From contig JAXDQU010000118.1 of assembly GCA_034667685.1 (NCBI GenBank), forward strand, positions 17,493 through 81,492: a stretch of DNA of 64,000 bases, read 5' to 3'. How positions within the stretch are numbered: the first letter of the stretch is position 1; the number at the start of each line of letters is the position of its first letter. Shown piece by piece: positions 19,701-28,044 of the stretch. Origin of the DNA: Thermoplasmata archaeon. Lineage in GTDB: Archaea; Thermoplasmatota; SW-10-69-26; JACQPN01; JAJPHT01. The notes under the pieces are model-generated. The model was not told the DNA's origin and searched no databases. It saw only the letters and a list, made by a program, of their open reading frames with translations. The translations under genes and the position numbers were made by a program.

Positions 19701-19806
19701 ACGGGTGCCCGTGCCGGATGCTCTTCTCGCGGGCCGCGTGGCGGCTCACTGTCGCGATGGGGAAGTCCACCTCGGCGAGGCGCTTGCACTCTCTCGGGAT
19801 CGTCAT
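16777..19806 (-). CDS. DUF1156 amino-DNA methyltransferase with Zn ribbon
   Basis: TLHLWWARRPL, DPFSGGGSIPLEA (SAM binding), CESPNCG/CPSCG, SDPPYYD (catalytic), FAHKTTEGW. Confidence 0.92.
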   Translation of the reverse strand: MTIPRECKRLAEVDFPIATVSRHAAREKSIRHGHPSTLHLWWARRPLASSRAVLMALLLPDPCDPACPTDFKEKARAALPRTLTGIGPKDVDLREALLKFIGDFADWNNSAKNAYLKAARTLVRAAHGDEAPLVVDPFSGGGSIPLEALRLGCDTFASDLNPVACIILKNLLENIPRAGPELAHELRNVAQSIRSTADKRLEDFYPIDPDGSRPIAYLWARTVRCESPNCGAEIPLIRSMWLCKKASRRRALRFVESAKPGAERQLEIFEPKKEGDVAKGTVAGGKATCPSCGVTLGVERVRPQLRDQAGGAEVRFDPQDRRIGGARFLAVVCLTPSATGRQYRLASERDYQAVKLAQAAAAKLRSTFIVPGIPTLPNEPVVQAKMAKNSPFRFHLYGIDDFGKLYTSRQKLTLATLGEVVRESGAEPNVKELLALVLDRVASRSSSLCSWRYQADQEKVEHMFVRQALSLEWDFAEAVPISDSTGSFSDGVEVVAQCVEQLATWCDRPGRVEQEDATASPLPDASASVWFSDPPYYDAVPYSDLSDVFYIWLKRDLPGHPLLRDRDDASNVLTPKRREARMDEAREVDGTPKDGVFFEKTMAKAFSEGRRVLREDGVGGVVFAHKTTEGWEALLSGMVKNGWVITGSWPIATEMATRLRARESAALATSIHLICRPREEAATEGDWANVARELPIKVRAWMDRLDNEGVRGADLVFACIGPAMEVYSRYSKVVDAEDREIPLGGDPTASEPYKQGYLAKVWEVVGRLALEQVLGKTGGAGTALEEDARLTALFLWALQGTASEDGNSGGGPDAEEAAEEADDGEEGSGKSAKKKGFSLPYDVVRRFAQPLGIHLETWEGRISETDKGVVRLLPVSERMKQLFGTGGAEAAVGELESSNLRGGVQLTLFPDEPPPSGAPAKKKGAKKAKATVGDDAAGDRSKQVTTLDRVHAAMLLQQSGQTAALRSLLADEKRRGPDFERLANALAALYPKGTDERRLVEAMLLAMPR

Positions 19807-20273
19807 TTCATGGGCTCCACTTGCAGCAGCTTGGCGATGTAGGCTTGGGGGAGCCCCGCGTCTCGCGCGCCGTCGATGATTAGTTTGAGGTAGGCTGCGC
19901 TCGGGACGTGGACGCCAGGCTGCGGGTTCGCGAAGTAGGTCCACGCGCAGACGGGCGCGCTCGGGTCGCCGTCTCGAAGCACCGTCGCTTCGCGGCGCTC
20001 GTAGGAGTTCTGAGCGGGAGAACGGCCTGCCCTGTAGCCCTCGTGCTTGTCAAGGCTCCTAAGGTCCTCTGCGTCAAGTTCGAAGAGAACGCCCCATGCA
20101 GTCTCGCCAGTCGCTGGAACGAGGCTCGACACGCCGCACTGGCGGTTGGTGGAGAATCGAGGAAACGCGAGGCGGTGGTCGGGGAACGCTGCCTTGCCGA
20201 CGCGCTTGGCGTTGGGGCAGCGCTCGCGCATCTGCGATTCGGCCATGTTTGAGCCGTAGGCGAACGCGAGGAT
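19803..20273 (-). CDS. Gamma-glutamylcyclotransferase (GGCT/AIG2-like)
   Basis: ILAFAYGSNM, WGVLFEL, LDKHEG (catalytic Glu), PSAAYL...GA. The FAYGSN motif lies upstream of the first ATG (20246); the frame opens at ATC 20273. Confidence 0.88.
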   Translation of the reverse strand: MLAFAYGSNMAESQMRERCPNAKRVGKAAFPDHRLAFPRFSTNRQCGVSSLVPATGETAWGVLFELDAEDLRSLDKHEGYRAGRSPAQNSYERREATVLRDGDPSAPVCAWTYFANPQPGVHVPSAAYLKLIIDGARDAGLPQAYIAKLLQVEPMK

Positions 20274-23200
20274 CTACCTCCCTCCTTCGAGTTCGCGCGT
20301 GCTCAATGTGTAGTGCTGCACCTTCGAGACGCCGATCCACGGCTTCGAGGCAGGGTCCTTGATCGGCTTGAGGTTCTGCGTGGGCTGCTTGCAGCCTGTG
20401 ACGACGTAGAGCCAGTAGCAGTCGCGGCGGTCTTGCGCGATGCGGTATTCGTTGGGCGTGAGGAGGATGTTGCCTTCGCTCGCCCCCAGACCCTTGACCT
20501 CGATGAGGCGGAGCTCGCCGCTCTTGAGGTCGATGCTGGTGATGTCGTAGCCGAGGTTCTTCTCGTGGACGTCGAACACTTCGCGGCCCTGTGAGCGTTC
20601 ATGTTCTATCACGTATCGCATCGCGATCTCCTCGGTCTCCTTGTCTTGCCTCAGGTTCCGGATGTCGGGCCGGTCGCGGTCGGGATGCGGCAGGATGAGC
20701 ACGTTTGTGAGGCGCTCGACGCCCTGGAGTGTGAGGTGGCGTTGCTTCGCAAGCTCCGCGCGGCGAAGGTCGCGGCGGCTCATCAGCTCAGCGTGGCGAT
20801 TCTCCGCCTGGGCGAGGAAGCCTGCCGCCCCCTCTACACCGCTTTCCTTCGCGAGGGCGAAGCGGCCGATCTTGTCGTCCTCCTTCGAAATGAGTTCGGT
20901 AAGTGCGATCTCGACGTGCTTCGCTACGCGGTCAACCTCGGCGATGCGCTCCATGGAAACCTCGCTGAGGAAGGCCGCGAGAGGCTCTCGGTTCAGGAAG
21001 TCGGTCGGCTCGGGAAGCGTCGCGACCTTGGGCAGGTCGGCCGGCTTCTTCGCAGGCATAAGGTCGCCGAGCGCGGTGGGGTCTCGCAAGCGGGCGTCGC
21101 CGTTCTCGGCGACCTCGACGGCGAAGAGCCGCTCGTGGACCGTGCGCCCCGTGCCGTCCACGACGCGGGCGCGGTAGAAGTCAAGGCGGGCGGGCGCCTG
21201 GTGCTCGAGGGAGAAGAAGGCGGCTCCGTTGGCGAAGTGCGGCTGGGCGGCTTCCCATGTGTGGAGGCGGAGCGCCTCGAAGAGCGGGTGGCCTGGTGTG
21301 ACCCACTCAAGGCTTCGCTCCTTCTCGGCCACGAGGCGATCCGTCGTGATGCGGGGATACCGCGTTGCGACGGAGGGAAGCCTCCACTCGGCGCGCGTTT
21401 CGAAGCGGCGCAGCTCCGGCGGGGTGGGCCCCGGATCGTAGGTGTGCGGCATCGAGGCGAGCGGCTTGAGCGAGAGGTTCGCGAGGTTGCTCGTGTCCAC
21501 GAGGAAGCGCGCGATGGTCTCCGGGACCATGCGCCGCTCCTGGGCAATGGCACGTCGTTCCAGGAGCATCGGGAGATTCAGCGTACGCTTCGCGAGGCTT
21601 TGCTCCAGGGTGTTCGTGGCGATCTGGCGGAACTTCTGCTCGGTGGCAGGTTCGAGGACGGCGTCCTCGACCTCGGCGTCGCCGAGCTTGCCCGCGTAGT
21701 AGTCGCGGAAGACGCGTTCGATGTGCGCAGCCGGGAAGACTTCGCCCACGACGTTGAAGACGCTGTCGCTGTCGAGCGCGTCGCGGATCTCCTGGAGCCG
21801 CTCCAGCAGACGTTCGAGCACCTTGCCCTCAATGGTGTTCGTCGCTACGAAGTTGAAGATAAGGCAGTCCTTCGTCTGGCCGTAGCGGTGGATACGGCCC
21901 ATGCGCTGCTCCAGGCGGTTGGGGTTCCACGGGATGTCGTAGTTGACCATCTGATTGCAGAACTGGAGGTTGATGCCTTCCCCGGCAGCCTCGGTCGCCA
22001 CGAGGATCTGGACAGCTCCTTCGCGGAATTGCTGTTCCATGAAGAGGCGCGTGCCGGGCTCGTCTCGGCTGCCGGGCTTCATACCGCCGTGGATAAATCC
22101 GACCGTGAGGCCCCACTTTCGGAGGGTCTCCACGAGGTAGTCCAGCGTGTCCTTGAATTCCGTGAAGATGAGGAGCCGCTGGTCCTTGTTCCGGATGAAG
22201 CCCTCGTCCGTGAGCAGATGTTCCAAACGAGCGAGCTTCGCCTCTTCACCTGTATTCATGACGTCTTGCGCCTGGAGAGCGAGCTGCCGAAGTTGCGAAA
22301 CCTCCTCAGAGATGAACTGCCGGTTCTGTGTGAGGACAACAGCTTCGACCTTCTTTTCCATTGCCTCGCGCTCACCTGCTTCCATTTCTTCCATTTCGTC
22401 GGCGTCGGGGATGTCGGTAGGGTTGTCCTTGAGAAAATCGTCGGCGCGGGAGAGCTTCTTTTCCAGAAGGTCCGCACGGCGCTCAAGGGATTGGCGAAGG
22501 GCGTAGGTGCTGCTGGCGAGGCGGCGCTGGTAGAGCGCCATGAGGAAACCGGTAGCTCGGGCGCGCGGATCATCTTGGGCTTGTGCCGCTGCGCGGTGGC
22601 TCATGCGGCGGACAAAGTTGGTGACACTCGCGTAGAGTGCGTATTCATCGCCGTCGATGTTGAACGATGCGGTGCGTGGGATGCGCTTGGTGAACAGGTT
22701 GCGTGCGCGCCATAGCCCATCAGCCCCCTGTTCGGGGAAGAACTTCATTGCTTCCTTTGTCCGGCGCAGATAGAACGGCGCCACGCCATTCTTCATCGCC
22801 TCCTCGATGCTGCGCACATGAGCGAAAGCATCGCGGTCGAGAAGCTGAAGAAAGAGCGTGAAATTGACCGGGTCGCCCTTGTGGGGCGTCGCAGTCAGCA
22901 GAAGAATGTTGCCTGCGTGGTCGCGCAGTAGTTCGCCGAGTCTGTATCGCTCGCTCTTCTTGTCTTCGGACGATGCGCTCATGCGGTGCGCCTCGTCGAT
23001 GATGACAAGGTCCCACTCGACTTGCTTGAGACCCGGGAGAACGTCTTCGCGCTTCGCGAGGTCGAGACTTGTGAGGATCTGTTTGTTCTCTTTCCAAGGG
23101 TTGACGCCGAATTGGCTCCGGAGTTCCCCACCACGCAACACGACAAATTGCTCGCCGAAGCGGTCCTTCAACTCGCGTTGCCACTGGAACGTGAGGTTCG

Positions 23201-23678
23201 CGGGCGTGACGATAAGGACGCGCTCGGCAAGGCCCCGGAGTTTCAACTCCCGAAGGAGAAGGCCCGACATGATGGTCTTCCCCGCGCCCGCATCGTCCGC
23301 TAGGAGAAAGCGGATCGTCGGGAGTCTGAGCATGTGGTCATAGACGGCCTCAAGTTGGTGCGGGAGGGGATCCACCCGGCTGATGCTCAGGCCAAAGAAG
23401 GGATCGAATTCGTAGGCAATCCCGAGCGAGTAGGCGCTGATCCCAAGACGCAGGAGTGTGCCGTCGCCGTCATAGGTCGCGGTTGCCGAGCGGATGGTGA
23501 CGCGAGCGAGCTGGTCGCGCGTGAGACGCACGCGGGTGAAGCGCTCGGAGCGTCGACCTGAGAGGCCAAGAGTCCAAGCATCAGGACCATCCGGTGTGAC
23601 CGTCTCAACTCGCATGGGCTCGTTGAAGAGGTCGCCCTCGATGACTTGGCCGGCCTCGATACGAACGAACTGCTCCAC
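20274..23678 (-). CDS. SNF2-family helicase with C-terminal DUF3883 nuclease-like domain
   Basis: LLADDAGAGKT, IIDEAH, LTATPH, EGINLQ, EQRMGRIHRYGQ; GYDITS...IEVKG...LTPNE. Confidence 0.92.
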   Translation of the reverse strand: MEQFVRIEAGQVIEGDLFNEPMRVETVTPDGPDAWTLGLSGRRSERFTRVRLTRDQLARVTIRSATATYDGDGTLLRLGISAYSLGIAYEFDPFFGLSISRVDPLPHQLEAVYDHMLRLPTIRFLLADDAGAGKTIMSGLLLRELKLRGLAERVLIVTPANLTFQWQRELKDRFGEQFVVLRGGELRSQFGVNPWKENKQILTSLDLAKREDVLPGLKQVEWDLVIIDEAHRMSASSEDKKSERYRLGELLRDHAGNILLLTATPHKGDPVNFTLFLQLLDRDAFAHVRSIEEAMKNGVAPFYLRRTKEAMKFFPEQGADGLWRARNLFTKRIPRTASFNIDGDEYALYASVTNFVRRMSHRAAAQAQDDPRARATGFLMALYQRRLASSTYALRQSLERRADLLEKKLSRADDFLKDNPTDIPDADEMEEMEAGEREAMEKKVEAVVLTQNRQFISEEVSQLRQLALQAQDVMNTGEEAKLARLEHLLTDEGFIRNKDQRLLIFTEFKDTLDYLVETLRKWGLTVGFIHGGMKPGSRDEPGTRLFMEQQFREGAVQILVATEAAGEGINLQFCNQMVNYDIPWNPNRLEQRMGRIHRYGQTKDCLIFNFVATNTIEGKVLERLLERLQEIRDALDSDSVFNVVGEVFPAAHIERVFRDYYAGKLGDAEVEDAVLEPATEQKFRQIATNTLEQSLAKRTLNLPMLLERRAIAQERRMVPETIARFLVDTSNLANLSLKPLASMPHTYDPGPTPPELRRFETRAEWRLPSVATRYPRITTDRLVAEKERSLEWVTPGHPLFEALRLHTWEAAQPHFANGAAFFSLEHQAPARLDFYRARVVDGTGRTVHERLFAVEVAENGDARLRDPTALGDLMPAKKPADLPKVATLPEPTDFLNREPLAAFLSEVSMERIAEVDRVAKHVEIALTELISKEDDKIGRFALAKESGVEGAAGFLAQAENRHAELMSRRDLRRAELAKQRHLTLQGVERLTNVLILPHPDRDRPDIRNLRQDKETEEIAMRYVIEHERSQGREVFDVHEKNLGYDITSIDLKSGELRLIEVKGLGASEGNILLTPNEYRIAQDRRDCYWLYVVTGCKQPTQNLKPIKDPASKPWIGVSKVQHYTLSTRELEGGR

Positions 23679-24194
23679 CGGAAATCACCCTTACCGCGCT
23701 TGATTGCCAGAGCAGATCGAGGCGCGGGGCCTTTCGGCCCGGAAAGTTCGCATGTCTCTTTAAACCCGACCCCCTGAAGCGGGGCAGGGGTTCAGCAGGG
23801 GCTCCGACCATTTACCCCGCGGGCAAGAACAACCAGCCGCACTCTACGGGGCGCCCGGGCTCGCGCCGTTGCCGCCGAAGGCCCCCCCAGCCGAGGCGGC
23901 CATGAAACGGGTGGAAATAACTTTGGGCGTATTTCACTGAAACAGCGCTTGTCAAGCCGCGCGGCGCGATGCGCACACCGCGAACTGGTACCGGCGGGAA
24001 GAGGTAGGAATCAGCGCGGATCCGCCACGCGGCTTCATCCAGCGCCTTCCCGCACGCATACTGGCGCCACCATTCCGCCGCAGGGTGTCACTCAAGTCCG
24101 GGTTCGTCGGGATCACTTGAACCAGGAGCGGCGGGGAGTATTCCCTGCGCTCGAGATGCTCCGATGACCTTTCGCCCGGACGCGGCCGAAGTCG

Positions 24195-24947
24195 CTATGA
24201 AGTGGTTTCTCCGTCCTCTTCGTCGTTCCGAATCTGACGATCGCGGGGTAGGCCATAGGTCGCGCGGTAGGATTCGACGCTGCCGTGGATCATGGGGTTG
24301 TACGGTGGCCGCTTCACAAGGTCGACCGGACGACGCGCCGCCGAGCGTGCAGATCCGGGGACACGGGCAGCGGCAAAGCCCAGGCGTAGGAGGAACGCCT
24401 CAGGCGGCTGCCGCAGTTCCTTCACCAACGCATGAAACAGGAGACTCGGCGGTCGGGACGCGGACTTCTGCGGTCCCGCTGGCGGTGCTGCGGGCGGTCT
24501 CGTAGCGCGACGACGTGAGACCCTGTTCGTCAGAGGAAGATCTGGAAAAGGCCCCAGCGTCTCGACGTCCACGAGCGGCTCCTGGGCAACGGGCGACGGC
24601 CACGCCATTTCAGAAATGAACGGCGGGGGCTCCCCAGGATCGACCATGAGCTGATGCACAATCAGGTCTGTCGGGGTGAGCCGCTCGCTGGGAACCGTCC
24701 AGGGCGAAGGTAGAGCGCGTTTGGCGGTTGGGAGGTTCGCTGGGTTCTTTGCGCACTTGCCCTGGTGAGGGGGGAGCTTGTGCGGTTCGAACTTCAGGCC
24801 GCACCAGCGGCAGGGCGGGTCGGGGTTGTCGTCGCAGCGCTGCTTGTGCCGCCACATCGCCATGTGGTTCTTGCACGTCCAGCCGCAATGGGGACAATCT
24901 TCGGGCTGCGTGAGATCGCGCGGCAGCGCACATGCCATCTCAGGCAT
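24195..24947 (-). CDS. Protein with two tandem C2HC zinc fingers and a Pro-rich tail
   Basis: CPHC-x12-HKQRC and CRWC-x11-HQGKC. Confidence 0.55.
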   Translation of the reverse strand: MPEMACALPRDLTQPEDCPHCGWTCKNHMAMWRHKQRCDDNPDPPCRWCGLKFEPHKLPPHQGKCAKNPANLPTAKRALPSPWTVPSERLTPTDLIVHQLMVDPGEPPPFISEMAWPSPVAQEPLVDVETLGPFPDLPLTNRVSRRRATRPPAAPPAGPQKSASRPPSLLFHALVKELRQPPEAFLLRLGFAAARVPGSARSAARRPVDLVKRPPYNPMIHGSVESYRATYGLPRDRQIRNDEEDGETTS

Positions 24948-25471
24948 GTCCTACTTGTGGGCGAGAGGGGTCTTGAAACTCGCGCCCTGGATGAGAGATG
25001 GGCGCGCACGCCCGCGCTCCATTGGCTTTCTGCTTTGTCCTCTTTTTCCCGGGAGAGGAACGTTCCTGGCCCCGTGCTGGGAACGGTACTGGGTCCGAAT
25101 GTTCATAATCCACCTGACGCACACTCGCTCAGAGACAAGTTTGGCATCCGCCCTTTCTTCTGCACGATGAGGAAGCGCGCGAGAGTGCTCCGGCGCTCGT
25201 GCGTCCACCCCCGCGAGCCAAGCGCCGCGGGCGGGAGTCGGTGTTGATTCGTCCGCCGACGATCGGCCGCTCCGGCGGCTGATTTCCTCCGCAGCGTTGG
25301 GCGCGGGTGCCCTGATCGACCCGACGAGAACCCCCACGCTCACGGAAGCTGATCACGATGATGCACTTCACGTACGCGCCCGAGCGGCAGCTTTCCCCCG
25401 CTCCGTGCGCAACCAACGTTCCTGCGCAGCGGAGTGACGCCGCTGCGGCAGCGATTGGAGGTTGACGCCAC

Positions 25472-25612
25472 ATGGCGAACCGTTCCATCGAAGGAGACGC
25501 GCTGCTGGCGGTCCTGACGCAGCAAGTGGACCGCCGCGGTCGATCCGCCCCCGTTCTCTTCCCCCCGCCGAACGTCGCATTTGAGCTCCTCGATCCGCAG
25601 GGGAAGGTCTGA
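25472..25612 (+). CDS. Small ORF (46 aa) coupled to the transposase
   Basis: GGAGGT SD upstream; MANRSIEGD...QGKV; TGATG overlap with the transposase start. Confidence 0.5.
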   Translation: MANRSIEGDALLAVLTQQVDRRGRSAPVLFPPPNVAFELLDPQGKV

Positions 25613-26988
25613 TGGCGCGGCATGTCGCGAAGTCCCGCCCGCCAGGGCTCCCCATTGCAGAAATGGCTTCCACCGCGGACCTCGGTGTCCATGCCGTCCA
25701 CGCGCGCTTGGGCAGCGACGAGGACGCGCCCGAGATCCTCATCGAGCCCGGCCGCTTCAACCGCGCCGTGAAACTGGCAGAAAAGCGTGGGCAGATCATG
25801 CGGCAGCGCGACTTCTACCGCGTCCGCAGCCAAAGCGGCGGCGGGAGCTACATGGTCGAGGAACAAGGCCGCTTGTGGCTCTGCGAGTGCGCCGACGCGT
25901 CCCCGCTCCGCCCGTGCCAGCATGTCTTGGGCGTCCTCCTCTACCTTGACGTGCTGCCCTTCCCGCACGAGGTAGGGGAGCCCGTCAAGCCGCAGCCGGG
26001 TGGCGGGGTCGATTGGGCCGCCTATGTCAAGGCGGAGCGGTCGCTTGGCGAGCAGATGCCTCGTTTCGCGTGGCGCCTCTTCGAACAGCTACCTACACCG
26101 GAGCGCTTCGGCCGCGGCCGTCCGCCAATACCGCAGACCGACAGCCTGCTCTGCGCGCTGATGTGGAGCATCAGCCAGAAGAACGCGCGGCAAGAGCAAG
26201 CGACACGCGACCGTCTCTTCGAAGACGGACTGCTGAGTCGCACGGTCGCACCGAACGACGTGAGCCGAACGCTCGTGGACAAGGCGACCACACCGCTGCT
26301 GCAAGAAGCCCTACGGCGAAGCCGGGAGCCATTCGCCGCGGTTGACGCGGAATCCTCGCCCTTGACGCTGGACGTCATGGGAGACACCTTCGCCGTCGAT
26401 TCAACCGGCTTCACGCCCTCCAGGCGCGGCCACTACAACACAAGCAAGCATGGGCCTTCAACGCCGCTGCCCTGGCTAAAGTGCCACCTGATGATCTCGA
26501 CCAAGGCGCACTTAATCACGAGCGCGCGGATTACGAGCAGCCACGGCAAAGGAACCGGCGACTCATCGCAATTCGCCCCGCTCCTGACGGAAACGGCGGA
26601 AGAGTTCCCCGTTGGCGTAATCGTGGGCGACGGCGCGTATGCCAGCCGCGCAAACGTCACCGCGGTTCGGGACGTCGGCGCGAAGCCCTTCTTCCGCTTG
26701 GCGAAAAACACGATTTCAAAACAGCTTGGCGCACCTGGATGGGCGGACATGGTAGCGTTCTTCACGCTGCACCGCGCCGAGTTCGACCGCATCTATCACA
26801 GGCGGTCACTCGTGGAGAGCGTCAACAGCGCCATCAAGCGCCGCTTCGGAGAATCGTTGAGGAGCAGGACCGCCACGAGCCGCGTCAACGAGTTGCTGTG
26901 CAAGCTCCTGGCCTACAACCTCGTGGTCCTTGTGCAGCAGCTCCACTTCCTGCACGCAGAGGACGAGTGGTTGGACCGCATCCTCTGA
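25612..26988 (+). CDS. DDE transposase (IS4/IS5 superfamily, IS903-like) with N-terminal SWIM zinc finger
   Basis: CEC-x7-CQH (SWIM), GRGRPP, AVDSTGF (D1), WLKCH, GDGAY (D2), YHRRSLVESVNSAIK (YREK motif). Confidence 0.92.
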   Translation: MARHVAKSRPPGLPIAEMASTADLGVHAVHARLGSDEDAPEILIEPGRFNRAVKLAEKRGQIMRQRDFYRVRSQSGGGSYMVEEQGRLWLCECADASPLRPCQHVLGVLLYLDVLPFPHEVGEPVKPQPGGGVDWAAYVKAERSLGEQMPRFAWRLFEQLPTPERFGRGRPPIPQTDSLLCALMWSISQKNARQEQATRDRLFEDGLLSRTVAPNDVSRTLVDKATTPLLQEALRRSREPFAAVDAESSPLTLDVMGDTFAVDSTGFTPSRRGHYNTSKHGPSTPLPWLKCHLMISTKAHLITSARITSSHGKGTGDSSQFAPLLTETAEEFPVGVIVGDGAYASRANVTAVRDVGAKPFFRLAKNTISKQLGAPGWADMVAFFTLHRAEFDRIYHRRSLVESVNSAIKRRFGESLRSRTATSRVNELLCKLLAYNLVVLVQQLHFLHAEDEWLDRIL

Positions 26989-27027
26989 TGCGGCAGGACT
27001 TTCAAGCGGTACGAGCGATGCGGCTGC

Positions 27028-28017
27028 GTGGAAGGCGCGGACGAGGCGAAGGCGCTTCTGAAGGGCGTCGAGTGGTTCTATCATTGGGAAGACGAGCGGG
27101 GCGAGCGGCGGCGCTTGGAGGTGTGGTATCGCCTGCGCGTGGGCTCGCAGGCGCGGCGGCAGGTCGTCGTGCCGTGGAGCGATTTGGAGGCGAGCGTGCG
27201 TCGTCGCCTAGATGCTCTCGTGGCGTGGGTCATGCCGCAGCTTCCCAAGCCCGCATCCTACGAGATCATGGGCCGCCGTCACGAGCCGCGCCTGAGCTTC
27301 GACTACCTCTTCCTGCACGTTCACGGCGAGACAGACCACAAGGACCCCTTGACGGTGGGTTCCTGCGTGTGGACCGCACCGGGCAAGAACGACCCGCAGC
27401 GCGATCAATATTGGAGGGCGGACCAGCTCGCGGGAGAGGTTGAGGAAATCCGCCGCAGCCTCGTTCCCCTCGCGTGGCGCGTCGTCTTGGCCGATGTGGC
27501 CCAAACGCACGAGGTTCCGCCAAAGGAAGCCCGACCCTATCTTCCGCTGCTCGTGTACGTCGCCTATCGCGCCCCCACGGGGGAACGCCTCGCGCGAAGC
27601 ATCACGGACTACCTTTCCGCGCGGGGGCTCTTGCCGTGGTTCGATCAGGAAGTCATCGGCACAGGCGATTCTCTCACCGAAGCGATGCGGCGCGGCATCA
27701 TGGATTCCAGCGCGGCCGTCGTCATCTTCACCCCCGACTTCAAGGACGGGAAGAACCTGCGGCTGGAAATCGAGCAGATCAACGCGCGGCTGCAACGCGA
27801 TTCCGACTTCAAGCTCATCCCGGTGCGCGTCGGCCTCAACCATGATGAGCTTCCGCCGCTGCACGGGAACCCCCGCTCGGAATACGTCCACGATGCCGAT
27901 GATCCCAAGTTGACCGACGTCCTCGTTAACGTCCATCGCGGAATCCTTGGCATGGCCCGCAAGGAAGGCGAGGGAGGAGCCGAAGGCTCAATCGACGTTG
28001 CGGGTGCGCAACGATAG
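27028..28017 (+). CDS. TIR-domain protein with unknown N-terminal domain
   Basis: VYVAYR...WFDQEVIGTGDSL...SSAAVVIFTPDF...LRLEI (catalytic Glu position)...LIPV. Confidence 0.85.
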   Translation: MEGADEAKALLKGVEWFYHWEDERGERRRLEVWYRLRVGSQARRQVVVPWSDLEASVRRRLDALVAWVMPQLPKPASYEIMGRRHEPRLSFDYLFLHVHGETDHKDPLTVGSCVWTAPGKNDPQRDQYWRADQLAGEVEEIRRSLVPLAWRVVLADVAQTHEVPPKEARPYLPLLVYVAYRAPTGERLARSITDYLSARGLLPWFDQEVIGTGDSLTEAMRRGIMDSSAAVVIFTPDFKDGKNLRLEIEQINARLQRDSDFKLIPVRVGLNHDELPPLHGNPRSEYVHDADDPKLTDVLVNVHRGILGMARKEGEGGAEGSIDVAGAQR

Positions 28018-28044
28018 GACGCGCCGCTTGGTGGCGGCGGATCG

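Noticed and set aside
20274-20276. Pyrrolysine decoding of the helicase TAG
   Set aside because: No pyl genes in the window and many ordinary genes end in TAG; kept only as generic readthrough.
23911-23937. GTGGAAATA…TATTTCAC as a dif/Xer or resolution site
   Set aside because: Arms are imperfect and no recombinase lies in the transposon; at most an operator.
25300-27030. Transposase as a stand-alone IS, or the region as a composite transposon
   Set aside because: No TIR or TSD seen around the gene and no second IS copy; the only matching ends are 18.8 kb apart.
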